Notes under the pieces: model-generated
Told to the model about the DNA's origin: nothing
What the model saw: only the letters and a program-made list of their open reading frames with translations
Databases searched by the model: none
Made by a program: the position numbers and the translations under genes
Part shown: piece after piece, positions 25,706 to 34,976 of the stretch
How positions within the stretch are numbered: the stretch's first letter is position 1
How the letters are laid out: the number at the start of each line of letters is the position of its first letter
Origin: a virus
Lineage: Duplodnaviria > Caudoviricetes
Reading direction: 5' to 3' (one strand)
IMG/VR virus record: IMGVR_UViG_3300031951_000180
Location: 1-57,620 of that record
Length of the DNA stretch: 57,620 bases

Positions 25706-26596
25706 ATGAGTTTGCGTCTAGTTGATGTGCTGAATGACTACTACGCTCCCGTCAAAGGGATTTCGGAGCGGACGGTGAAGCTCTACGGCTTCACGCTGAA
25801 GAGCTTCGGCGAGCACCTCGGGATCGAAGAAGGCTGCGGCTACCGCGAGCCGACGACCGAAGACCTTGAGCAATACAAGGTCGCGAGGTTCTTGGCATGG
25901 CGGCTGCGCGAGCGTGAGCCTGCAACCGCCGCAAAAGACCGTGCCCAGCTTCGCGCCCTCTGGGCCTTCGCCTTTTCAGAGGCTCTGCCTGGTGTGGCCC
26001 GCGGGCCGCAGGTGCGGCCGGTCATCGTGCCGGAGCGTGTGCCGGAGGCGTGGCTCGAGGATCAGATGCGGGCGCTCATTCAGGCCGCCTCTGCGGAGCC
26101 TGGGAGCATCTGCGGCATCAAGGCGTCGGATTGGTGGCGATCGCTCTTACTCTGTTGCTTCGACACGGCTGAACGAATTTCGGCCACGCGGTCGCTGACG
26201 TTCGCCGACGTCCGCGGGACACTTGTGATTTTCCGCGCCGACGAGCGCAAGGGCCGCCGCCGCGACATCGCCCGCACGATCTCGTCGGACACGGCGATCG
26301 CGATCGACGCGATTGCGGAGCCGCGACGGAAGCTCGTCTGGCCCTGCGACGTTGGCGCCCCGGCCCTGTACCACCGCTTCGACCGGATTCTCAAGCGAGC
26401 TGGCCTGCCGACGGATCGGTGGAGCAAGTTCCACCGGATCAGGAAGACGACGGCCTCCTATTACGAGGCTGCCGGCGGCAACGCACAGTCGCTGCTTGAC
26501 CACTCGTCGCCCGCGGTGACGAGGCGATACCTTGATCCGCGGATCGTGATGCCGGAGATCGGCGATGCGCCGTCGCGGTTGCCGAAGGTTGTCTAG
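25706..26596 (+). CDS. Tyrosine recombinase/integrase 1
   Basis: TAERISA (R), HRIR, LLDH, TRRY. Confidence 0.92.
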   Translation: MSLRLVDVLNDYYAPVKGISERTVKLYGFTLKSFGEHLGIEEGCGYREPTTEDLEQYKVARFLAWRLREREPATAAKDRAQLRALWAFAFSEALPGVARGPQVRPVIVPERVPEAWLEDQMRALIQAASAEPGSICGIKASDWWRSLLLCCFDTAERISATRSLTFADVRGTLVIFRADERKGRRRDIARTISSDTAIAIDAIAEPRRKLVWPCDVGAPALYHRFDRILKRAGLPTDRWSKFHRIRKTTASYYEAAGGNAQSLLDHSSPAVTRRYLDPRIVMPEIGDAPSRLPKVV

Positions 26597-27405
26597 CCAG
26601 CCAACTCCGGCGTCCTCGGCATCTCGCGGCGAACCTGAGTCCAGTCGATGTATGCCTTGGCGGCAAGGTCGAGCGTCCGGTGGCCGAGATGGTGACGGGC
26701 CTTGCCAGGCTCCCTGATCTCGATGTGGGTCGCCCCAGAGCGTCTCAGCCATTTGCTCGAGCCGCCGACGCCGCAGTCGTCAAGGAACTTCCGCATGATC
26801 CGCATCTGTTGCCGCTGGCCGCAGACCCAGCCGAGCACGGTGCCGTCGGGAGATACGGCGAGCATCTCGCGGACGGCGGCGATGCAGGCTTTCGTGAGCA
26901 CCTTGTTGATCGGATCGCCGGTTTTGTGCTGCGTCCACCGGAGCGCGTCGCCATCGAAGTCTTCGGCCCGCAGCGAAAACAGGTCGCCGCGGCGGGCGCC
27001 GGCCTCATAGCCAAGCAAAACCCAGCACCGCAGGAATGACCCCAGCCTCGCACCGCTGCGGAGCACGCCCGTCATCTCGGCCGTTCTGGTGAGCAGTAGT
27101 CTGCATTGCTCCTCAGTCCACGCCTTCGTCGGCTTCCTGATCGGCTTGATGCGGAGGATGCCCCGCGGCGGCTGCTCGACGAGCTTGTTGTCCCACGCCC
27201 ATCGCCAGAGGCAGAGCAGGATCGTCCGCTCCGTCTTCGCCGTGATCGTCGAAACCGCCTGCAATCTGGCCTTTAGGTAGGCGTTGATGCGGTCGGCCGA
27301 CAGCTCGCCGCACTTCTCGGCGACTCGTGTGACGTTCTTCTCGTGCTGCGCCGAGACGTTGCGGGCGGCGAGATATTGCTTCGCCAGGGCAGTCAGGCTT
27401 TCCAT
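26593..27405 (-). CDS. Tyrosine recombinase/integrase 2
   Basis: AGARRGD (R), QHKTG (K), KWLRR, LGH, KAY. Confidence 0.9.
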   Translation of the reverse strand: MESLTALAKQYLAARNVSAQHEKNVTRVAEKCGELSADRINAYLKARLQAVSTITAKTERTILLCLWRWAWDNKLVEQPPRGILRIKPIRKPTKAWTEEQCRLLLTRTAEMTGVLRSGARLGSFLRCWVLLGYEAGARRGDLFSLRAEDFDGDALRWTQHKTGDPINKVLTKACIAAVREMLAVSPDGTVLGWVCGQRQQMRIMRKFLDDCGVGGSSKWLRRSGATHIEIREPGKARHHLGHRTLDLAAKAYIDWTQVRREMPRTPELAG

Positions 27406-27524
27406 GCCGTGCTCCTTCGGGTTGTGGGAGTCAGTAGGGTATCAGCAGCGGCGGAAGACGCAAGAGGCGGGCTGGATATCGCCGCTGTATGGTCATACCC
27501 GTTTGGGTATAGCCGCACTTTCGC

Positions 27525-27803
27525 TCAGTAACGCACTGGCATCCTGCTCAGGATGCCGCGAATCGCACTTGCTCGCTCATCCGCACCTTCGGCCTGCGAG
27601 CGGACTGGACCTTCCCACTCGGCCCACTTCAGGGCATCGTGCTCGGCTGGCGTCAGCGATGCCAACTCCAGCAACTGCTCTAGGCAATGCCTCGCGTCCA
27701 CCATGACATTGCCGACCTCGCGTTCGCGGTCGGTGTTCCAAGGCCCGCCAGCCAACCGCTTCAGTTCTGCGATCACGCGGTCAACGGTGGGGAAGTCGCT
27801 CAT
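27525..27803 (-). CDS. Hypothetical protein (start MSDFPTV)
   Basis: C-terminus resembles 28479..28727. Confidence 0.55.
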   Translation of the reverse strand: MSDFPTVDRVIAELKRLAGGPWNTDREREVGNVMVDARHCLEQLLELASLTPAEHDALKWAEWEGPVRSQAEGADERASAIRGILSRMPVRY

Positions 27804-27997
27804 CGCTCTCTCTGCGGCGTGTACTGTCATGTTCTTTGACAGAAAAACTATCGCGGACTTCTTACCGAATCCATATTGGCAATCCGACGTTTTTCGTCGT
27901 TTTGCCGATACGATTCGGGCTTTCCCGCTCGGGCTGATTCCCGCCGTGGCGGCCGGATTGTCCCGCTCGGTGCAGCCTAGCGGACCCGTCAATCGGG

Positions 27998-28219
27998 TCA
28001 ACGCTCGTCTGCGTTGGCGATCCGCTTGGCGGCCTCTGGATCGAAGGCGTCGGCCCGGCCCAGGTCGAACCAGAGCGGGTAATGGCGAAGGAGCCGCCTA
28101 GCCTCCTCGCGGACGGGCGTCGGCACTCCCTTGATGCCGCCGTTGTAGGGCGAGGTCAGCCGCAGGAGGAAATCCTGCGTGCTCAGGACGGCTCGCGTTC
28201 GCTCGTGCGGGAGTGTCAT
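27998..28219 (-). CDS. BPSL0761-family protein
   Basis: MTLPHERTRAV...FLLRL...VREEARRLLRHYP. Confidence 0.75.
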   Translation of the reverse strand: MTLPHERTRAVLSTQDFLLRLTSPYNGGIKGVPTPVREEARRLLRHYPLWFDLGRADAFDPEAAKRIANADER

Positions 28220-28478
28220 TTTCCAGATTCCAGAATTGCGAAAGCCCGGCCGCAGGCGTTGCAAAGCCACTGGGGCGGCCCACTCGTCGCCTGTCCCTTT
28301 GTATCGGGCCGCGCACGTCTCGCCCCTGCCCGCCGCCAGCCTGCACAAGGCGATAGCTCCAGTGTGGCACTGGGCGACTGGCGGAAGGCTTAGTGTTCGG
28401 TACTACCTAATTTACTACGCAGTTCGCTCCGATCCTACGCAGTTCCTGCGCGACAACACCTACGGTGAGTAGCGTCGT

Positions 28479-28727
28479 TCAGGACAGCCGCTCCAGCAGC
28501 CCGCGCAACGAGGCGGCGTGGTTTGTGTCAAACATATGCAGTGCGTTCAGCTCAATAGACGCCACGATAATCGCCTCACGCTCTTGGTCGGTGAGCCGCA
28601 TCCCGTCGATCTCGGACGCGGCCCGCTCCAGTTGCTCCCGCCACTCCTTGCCTATTCGCTCAACCGCAGCGACGGCCTCATCGCCGCCGTTGTGGATCGT
28701 GATGTGCAGGTCTTGCATTTGTCCCAT
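28479..28727 (-). CDS. Hypothetical protein
   Basis: LTDQEREAI...ASLRGLLERL. Confidence 0.55.
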   Translation of the reverse strand: MGQMQDLHITIHNGGDEAVAAVERIGKEWREQLERAASEIDGMRLTDQEREAIIVASIELNALHMFDTNHAASLRGLLERLS

Positions 28728-28745
28728 TAGACCGTCTAGGGCGCA

Positions 28746-29438
28746 CTACGCAGCTGCTCGCGTCTCCAAGATGTGCCGCATAGCCTGCTCGCCAACGTGG
28801 CGAGTGTAGGCCGGCGGAAAACCTTCCTTGAGTTCGTCCCAAGGGATAACGCGATCCACTCCCATAGCCTGGATGCCTTCCTGCTCCGTCTTCGCAGTCG
28901 AACCGCCAACGACCAGCTTGCCGGTCTTGCGGTCGATCCCCTTACAGGTGTCGCCCATTCGGTGGTAGACGCCCACTGGCTTGCCCTGCTGCGAGTGGAA
29001 ACAGCCAGAGCCGACGAGCGGAAAAGACGCTAGGAAAAGCCGGTGGCGGCGAACCTTCAGCCCATAGGCCGATCCGCACTCAACGACGGCATCTTCCATA
29101 CCTGGGGCACCGGGCACATTTTCCACCACCCACGGAATGTCATAGGTGCGAAGCAGCCGCAGCGTCGGCGTCAGCAGGTCGCCGTACTGGCTGACGCCGC
29201 CCTGTGCAGCTCGGAGGTGCTTCGCCCGCGTGTGCAGCTGGCACGGCGGCGAGGCGTGTATGAGGTCGAACTGCTCTACGAACTTCCTGTCGGCCAGAAC
29301 GCCGAGAGCGCTGCCCCATTTGAACTGATACGGGTATCCAGGGCGGATGACTATGTCCACGCCTGTGACATCGAAGCCCGCCTGGGCGTAACCGTCGCCG
29401 GCCATCCCTGCGCCACAAAAGAGATCAAGCACTCGCAT
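28746..29438 (-). CDS. DNA cytosine-5 methyltransferase (short)
   Basis: LDLFCGAG, ASPPCQ, VENV, RRHRLF. Confidence 0.9.
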   Translation of the reverse strand: MRVLDLFCGAGMAGDGYAQAGFDVTGVDIVIRPGYPYQFKWGSALGVLADRKFVEQFDLIHASPPCQLHTRAKHLRAAQGGVSQYGDLLTPTLRLLRTYDIPWVVENVPGAPGMEDAVVECGSAYGLKVRRHRLFLASFPLVGSGCFHSQQGKPVGVYHRMGDTCKGIDRKTGKLVVGGSTAKTEQEGIQAMGVDRVIPWDELKEGFPPAYTRHVGEQAMRHILETRAAA

Positions 29439-29514
29439 GCCCGCAGCCTATGCGATGGGTCAACTAGGTCAACGCTCGTTCAGCCCCGCGCGTCTGTACT
29501 CTGTGGGTGTAAAG

Positions 29515-29835
29515 TCACTCACCCATCGGCGGATCGGGCGGCAGCAACGCCACCGCTTCGGCCCAAGGCAGCACCTCTACCGCCGCGTTCAGGACGTTTT
29601 TGTCCGCTGCCTCCCACATGGCGTGGAGCAGGCCACCGGGTTCGATCTCAGTCAGAACGTCGGCGCACAGCATGAGCCGCCCATCGGCCAGCACGCTAGG
29701 CACCGGCACGCATTTCTGCGTGCCATGCTGGGCGTGTAGCTCCGCGAGCCGACCGGCAAGCTGCGGCGTGAACACCAACGCCAACTGGCGGGCGTCTTCG
29801 TAGCTGATCGGGAGCGTCAGGTCACCCAACTTCAT
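29515..29835 (-). CDS. Hypothetical protein
   Basis: Coupled to the upstream gene. Confidence 0.7.
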   Translation of the reverse strand: MKLGDLTLPISYEDARQLALVFTPQLAGRLAELHAQHGTQKCVPVPSVLADGRLMLCADVLTEIEPGGLLHAMWEAADKNVLNAAVEVLPWAEAVALLPPDPPMGE

Positions 29836-30623
29836 GGGATCGCGGCTCCGATGGCGTTGTAGAGCGTAGTCAGGCGTGAGTCTAAAGCCGCGAGCGATAG
29901 CGATTCGCCAATGGAGTAGAAGGCAAGTCTCGCTACGGAATGGCTAGATGCGCCGCCTGGGGTGTTACGGGCAAAAACAAATGAGTTCCTGCTTGGCGGC
30001 GCGACGCTGGTGGCGGATGTGTTTGTGGCGTCGCTACCGAAACCGCGCGCCGTAAATGCAGACGACGTTGATCGCGCGGCCCCAAAAAAACCTGGTTGCG
30101 ATGTGCGGGCTATAACTCCCGCCCCTCTGGCGTATGCGAAGTGAGTGCTGTTGAACAGCTGGAGCAAATTCCCATTGCCTGATGCAAAGTCTCCTAAGTA
30201 GTCCTGGTTGTTACCACCAGTGGTTATGTAAACAGAAAGATGGAAATTATTTTGGGGATCACTGTTGAGCGATCTGTTGCTGTCCAGGTACTTAGTCGAT
30301 CCGTTTCCGACCAGCCCCGTCTTGCGGTTGTAGTCTCCAGAAACAAAGTTGAAATTAGTCGGTGCCGCCCCGACCAGCGGCGTCAACGCACCGGACAGCG
30401 TGCGAGCGCCCATCAAAATGCAGGAGGCTTTGATGGCCGACCAGATGCCGTCTGCCTTGCAGCCGATCACAAAGGCGTCGATGGCAAGCTGCGTGGCCTG
30501 TTCAAGCGGTTGCCCATCGGCTGCGTTTACCGCTGCGATGTAGGCCCGCGCGTCTGCGTCGGTGGCAAAAATTGCAGACGCCCCAGAGGCTCGCGGGCGA
30601 AGCAATCTAGGCGACATAGGCAT
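29832..30623 (-). CDS. Putative virion/receptor-binding beta-rich protein
   Basis: S/T/G/N-rich; lower-GC interior. Confidence 0.6.
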   Translation of the reverse strand: MPMSPRLLRPRASGASAIFATDADARAYIAAVNAADGQPLEQATQLAIDAFVIGCKADGIWSAIKASCILMGARTLSGALTPLVGAAPTNFNFVSGDYNRKTGLVGNGSTKYLDSNRSLNSDPQNNFHLSVYITTGGNNQDYLGDFASGNGNLLQLFNSTHFAYARGAGVIARTSQPGFFGAARSTSSAFTARGFGSDATNTSATSVAPPSRNSFVFARNTPGGASSHSVARLAFYSIGESLSLAALDSRLTTLYNAIGAAIP

Positions 30624-30654
30624 GGAAGTGCGCTACCGTAAGGGATGTAAGGCC

Positions 30655-30951
30655 TTAGTTCGGCTGCGAATCCGACTCGACCGCCCTCACCGTGACGGCC
30701 CGGTCGCCGCTCTTCGGCTGAAGGGCGTAGAGCAGTTTCGTCTGCTCGGTGACGGCCTCGGCGATCTCCCGCTGCGTTTCCCTGACTTCCTTCAAAGTCA
30801 GCCGGTGCTCCTCGAGCAACGGGAGGAGCAAATCCGACCTGATGAACCAGGCCAGCGCGATCGCGGCGAGGGTAGGAAGACCCCACCTCTCCAAGATGCC
30901 GAACAGCGTATCCTTCGTTTCTGCCGTCACCTTCTGCTTCCTCCCGCTCAC
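30655..30951 (-). CDS. Single-TM coiled-coil protein (holin-like candidate)
   Basis: WGLPTLAAIALAWFI followed by a coiled coil. Confidence 0.55.
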   Translation of the reverse strand: MSGRKQKVTAETKDTLFGILERWGLPTLAAIALAWFIRSDLLLPLLEEHRLTLKEVRETQREIAEAVTEQTKLLYALQPKSGDRAVTVRAVESDSQPN

Positions 30952-31310
30952 GTCTTGAGGAGGACGACGCAGGATGCCGACGTCGAGTTCGTGCTGGCCG
31001 ACACGATCTTGATGGCCCCGCAGCCATACGTCTCGTCGGGCAGGGCGTAAATCCGCGGCTCCGTCGAAGACGCCGACAGGGTCAGGTCTGCGGCCGAGCC
31101 GTCTACCTTGCGAAGCCGGCCGAAGGTGCCATCGACGCGGTCGCTGGCCCAGAGCTGGAGCGTCGTCACGTTCGTGCTCGACGTTCCCATCAAGAGGGCG
31201 CCGCCGGCGACGTCATCCCAGCGGAGGGTCGTGGCGATCTGCGTAGCCGTCGAAAGAGTGACGGGAACGCTCTTAAACTTGCGACGAATCTTCGGCTCAG
31301 ACATTTGCAC
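30948..31310 (-). CDS. Hypothetical (possibly virion) protein
   Basis: GGAGG RBS; S/T-rich. Confidence 0.7.
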   Translation of the reverse strand: MQMSEPKIRRKFKSVPVTLSTATQIATTLRWDDVAGGALLMGTSSTNVTTLQLWASDRVDGTFGRLRKVDGSAADLTLSASSTEPRIYALPDETYGCGAIKIVSASTNSTSASCVVLLKT

Positions 31311-31364
31311 CTCCCAGTGCGTTGCGGGCCTCGGCGGGCCGCTCGTGGCGTGTCACGGGTCTTA

Positions 31365-31934
31365 TTACATTGTAACAGCCAGTAGTCTCTCGCAGTGGCG
31401 TTCTGCGGCCAGCGCCGTCATTATCTGCCCCTCGAAGGCGTCGAGATCGCCGTCGTTGTAAATCCGGCGGCTGATGTGACGCTCGTCGATGCCGGCTTCG
31501 CTGGAGTGCCTCGCCGCCTCGCCGCCGATCCAGTGCTCGGAGCGGTAGATGCGCCAGATTTTGCCCCCGGCGGCGAGGATCGCCTCGGCCTCGTCGTTGA
31601 AGCGTACGTCGCAGACCGTCACGCCGCGGCCCGCGGCCGTCCAGTGCTCGACCTGCCGCATCAGCCGGTCGATCCAGATGGTCTGGCCGACCATGCCGCG
31701 CCCCCACTCGGTTCCGAGCGTCTGGAGCAGATAGCGAGGCGACTTGCCGATGCCGGGGATCGGCAGTTCCTTCGTGGCCCGGTCTTGCAGCGTCTCGACG
31801 GGCAGGCCCGTAATGGCCGCCAGAGCCTCGTAGAGGGGCGCGGCGAGCGCCAGCGGCACGAACCCCTCCCGCTCCAGAAAAGCCGCAGCCGTCGATTTCC
31901 CGCACCCTGCCTGCCCGCATAGACCGATGATCAC
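31365..31934 (-). CDS. Deoxynucleoside monophosphate kinase (GTG start)
   Basis: IIGLCGQAGCGKST, PRYLLQTLGTEWGR, DVRFNDE. Confidence 0.92.
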   Translation of the reverse strand: MIIGLCGQAGCGKSTAAAFLEREGFVPLALAAPLYEALAAITGLPVETLQDRATKELPIPGIGKSPRYLLQTLGTEWGRGMVGQTIWIDRLMRQVEHWTAAGRGVTVCDVRFNDEAEAILAAGGKIWRIYRSEHWIGGEAARHSSEAGIDERHISRRIYNDGDLDAFEGQIMTALAAERHCERLLAVTM

Positions 31935-32413
31935 AGTTGCAGCTCCTTGCCGTCGAATCGAATCGTCACCCCCAGCGGCTCCGCGAGCCACCGCATCGCG
32001 ATGCCAGCCTCACGCAGCATGGCCTCGGCGAACTGAATTTCCTTCTCCCACCGCTCCGGCGTCGCCTGGCGGGCGGCGACCGAGCCGACCACCTCGCGGA
32101 CCTCGGCCCCGATGATCGCCCTGGCGCAGTCAGCGCAGGCGAACCACGGGCAGTAGAGCACTGAACCTCGCGTCCTAGCCCCGCAGGCGGCGGCCTTCAA
32201 GATCACGGCGCGTTCGGCGTGTTCGATCCAGCGGTATTTCTCTGGAGCCTCGAGCCGCTCGGGCCGCGACTCGACGCCCAGCGGCAGCCAGTTGGCGGCG
32301 GTGAGCCAGCGGCCGGAGTCGAGCAGGAGCGTCGCGCCATTCTGCGTGCGAGAGTCTTCGGAGTGCTCGGCGGCTTCCTCGGCCGCCTTGCGGAGCAGGA
32401 AGGTATCGTTCAC
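31931..32413 (-). CDS. dCMP deaminase
   Basis: EHAER and CPWFACADCARAII zinc motifs. Confidence 0.9.
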   Translation of the reverse strand: MNDTFLLRKAAEEAAEHSEDSRTQNGATLLLDSGRWLTAANWLPLGVESRPERLEAPEKYRWIEHAERAVILKAAACGARTRGSVLYCPWFACADCARAIIGAEVREVVGSVAARQATPERWEKEIQFAEAMLREAGIAMRWLAEPLGVTIRFDGKELQL

Positions 32414-33492
32414 GACGCCCCCCGCAGGTCGCGGTCGCACCAGATCGGCATCGCCTTCGTGACTTCGTTGCGGGAGTGGTCAATCACGACCGCGGCCTGG
32501 CAGGGAGCCTCGTGGCCGGCTTTGATGCGCACGGTGTAGCTAGAGTGGCCGATGACGCTGCCGTTCGAGACGTAGCGGCCGCCGCGGAGCCAGCCAAACG
32601 AGTGGTAGTGGCCGAAGCAGGTGAGGTCGGCGCGCCGACTCGCATCCCACGCCGAGATCGCCTTCATCGCCGGCAAGGCGAGGCCGTAGACGCCGCCGCT
32701 GTATTTGATGGAGAACCCGTGCAGGAAGCGAACCGTGAAGCCGTCGAGATCGACGTAGTTCAGTTCGCCCTCGGCCACTTGCCAGTGGACGTTCTTCCGC
32801 GTCTCCGCGGCGGCCATCGTCAGATATAGGTTCTGCTCGAAGCTGTGCTCCAGCTCTGTTTGGCAGCGCAGCTTGGGGGTGCTCCTGCCATGATTCCCGC
32901 TGGAAGTCGCCACCACGACTTGATCGGCGTTATCGCTGACGGCGTCGATGAACCGCCGCATCCTGGCGCCGATCCAGCGGCAGGCCGGCATCGGGGCAAG
33001 CTGGCTCTTCTCGGCCAGTTCCTCATGGATATGCCCACTGACGAGGTCGCCGCCGAGCCAGACGACGACGCGGCCGATGTCGGCGAGATGCCGCTCGTGC
33101 TCGAGGAGCGTGAAGAACCGCTCCTGAAGCTCGGCCAGTCGCTTCTCGCAGATGTCGAGGGAATACTGGTTCAGCCCGTTCGTCTCGGCCAACGACACAG
33201 GCTCCTCGCAGTGAATGTCGGAGAGCAGCACCATCATCGTCGCTGGGTTGCGGCGACCGCTCTTCTTGAGCGTCGGAAGCTTCTTCGCCGCCTTGATGCC
33301 CTGCATCCCGACGATCTGATCGGCCTTCGCCTTGGCGGCGTCAACCTGCTTCAGCGCCGCTTCGTACTTCCGACGCATTGTCGTCAGTTCGTCGCGGAGC
33401 CGGGCGGCCTCGGCGTCCTTGGCGATGTCGATCTCGCGGTCTAGGAATTCAGCCAGTCCCTTATCGTGCCGACGCTTTTTGGTTCCGGCCAT
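32410..33492 (-). CDS. Calcineurin-like metallophosphoesterase with N-terminal coiled coil (start MAGTKKR)
   Basis: SDIH, GGD, GNHG, LHG, GHYH. Confidence 0.88.
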   Translation of the reverse strand: MAGTKKRRHDKGLAEFLDREIDIAKDAEAARLRDELTTMRRKYEAALKQVDAAKAKADQIVGMQGIKAAKKLPTLKKSGRRNPATMMVLLSDIHCEEPVSLAETNGLNQYSLDICEKRLAELQERFFTLLEHERHLADIGRVVVWLGGDLVSGHIHEELAEKSQLAPMPACRWIGARMRRFIDAVSDNADQVVVATSSGNHGRSTPKLRCQTELEHSFEQNLYLTMAAAETRKNVHWQVAEGELNYVDLDGFTVRFLHGFSIKYSGGVYGLALPAMKAISAWDASRRADLTCFGHYHSFGWLRGGRYVSNGSVIGHSSYTVRIKAGHEAPCQAAVVIDHSRNEVTKAMPIWCDRDLRGAS

Positions 33493-33710
33493 CCTTCCTC
33501 CTTGCATCTGGCGATTGCGGCTCTGTGAATGATCGCGACAGAAACGCCGCGATATTGGCCGGCGGCATACCGGCTCTTGATCTCGGCAAAGTCCTGCTGC
33601 GCCTCCTTGGGCAGCTTGGAGAACCAAGACCGCTGCGGGCCGTTGGCCTGCGAGTGCTTGATGGCCGCGTCGAGCGCGGCGATGGCGGAACGCTTCGCCA
33701 TAGAGTTCAC
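33441..33710 (-). CDS. Hypothetical protein
   Basis: Coupled ORF. Confidence 0.6.
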   Translation of the reverse strand: MNSMAKRSAIAALDAAIKHSQANGPQRSWFSKLPKEAQQDFAEIKSRYAAGQYRGVSVAIIHRAAIARCKEEGWPEPKSVGTIRDWLNS

Positions 33711-34000
33711 TCCGTTTCGCGGTAGCCCAGCGCCCAGAGGACGCGGGCGATATCTCTGGCCGACTCGGTCACATGGGCCTCATCGACCGCTGGGCCTCCT
33801 GGGCAGACGTGGAGACATTCGTGGATGATGGTTTCCAGCTTCGACCGCCCACGCAGACGCTCGTCGATGAGTATCTTCCTGGCGAGCTTTGGGTTCTTGG
33901 CGTCAGGGACGTAGGCCCATCCGGCCGCCAGCCCACGCAGCCGCGTGAAGCGGAAAAGCCACTTCATACCGGCCAGCGTAAAATGGTGGTCGCATGGCAT
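33707..34000 (-). CDS. Small HExxH zincin-like protein
   Basis: ETIIHECLH. Confidence 0.65.
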   Translation of the reverse strand: MPCDHHFTLAGMKWLFRFTRLRGLAAGWAYVPDAKNPKLARKILIDERLRGRSKLETIIHECLHVCPGGPAVDEAHVTESARDIARVLWALGYRETE

Positions 34001-34091
34001 GGGCCTTTATTGTGGGGTGTAGGCTCACGGGGTCAAGGGAGTTTGGGGCGAATTGCCTAGACTTAGCCGGCAGGAGACGCAAGCAGCGAGG

Positions 34092-34976
34092 CTACAGCCC
34101 CCATTTTGCCATCAGGTACGACTCTACCGCTTCGCGGTCAGTGGCTGAGAGGGCCACGTTGTACGTGATGAGTTCGGCGAGGTCGCCGTGAAAGGTAGAC
34201 CCAAAGTACGAGCTACCAAGGACCGCACTGTTGACTGTGTTAACCGCAGTGGCGGCCCCTGACGCCGTGCCGGCCTCCCCGTTTACGTGCACCGCGATAG
34301 TGGAGTCATGACGCGACGTGACAGCTGCCCAACTTCCGACAGTTAGCGAGCGCGACGCTTTTACTCTTGTTGCGCTCCAATCACTTATGACAAGCGTCCC
34401 AACGACTCCAGACGACCGAAGGTACATGATCGAATAAACGGGGCCGCCGTCAGAAAGAATTGACACGTTTAAATATGCGTCGTCAGACGAGTCGTTCGTT
34501 GACACCGACTCCGCCTTAAAGACGGCAAAGACAGTGTGCGCGGCCGCGGACACGAGCAGACCTATGTTTGGCGTCCACACGCTGAAAGACATTGAATCGT
34601 CGGTGCCATCAAACCGAAGAACATCGCGGGAATTGCGAACGCCTGTTTTTCGCGCTGGCATAGACGTACCCACGTCCTGATACCAGTGATTGCCTGCGCC
34701 GCTCTTGTCTTCCCATCTGGCAACAGTGCCATCGGCGGCGACCTGCGATCCGCCAGACGTAGCATCAAATAACGTCGAAGAGTCCGAGGCGTCCCACCAG
34801 CCGGTCAGTCCGCTGATGGAAGCCGGGTCAAGGTCAAGTGGATTCGGGAACATCGCCGGCGGCGCCGACGGCCAGAGGCTGGCGGATCGGTACCCATGAA
34901 CTTCACCCGGCGACCAGATGCCGGATGCCGACGATGTCGTGGGCGACGGCGTGAATCCGATATACCGGCTCGTCAC
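34092..34976 (-). CDS. LamG/concanavalin-like tail protein (GTG start)
   Basis: WWDASD...VARWEDKSG...RFDGTDD...GDLAELITYN.ALS...VESYLMAKWG. Confidence 0.8.
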   Translation of the reverse strand: MTSRYIGFTPSPTTSSASGIWSPGEVHGYRSASLWPSAPPAMFPNPLDLDPASISGLTGWWDASDSSTLFDATSGGSQVAADGTVARWEDKSGAGNHWYQDVGTSMPARKTGVRNSRDVLRFDGTDDSMSFSVWTPNIGLLVSAAAHTVFAVFKAESVSTNDSSDDAYLNVSILSDGGPVYSIMYLRSSGVVGTLVISDWSATRVKASRSLTVGSWAAVTSRHDSTIAVHVNGEAGTASGAATAVNTVNSAVLGSSYFGSTFHGDLAELITYNVALSATDREAVESYLMAKWGL

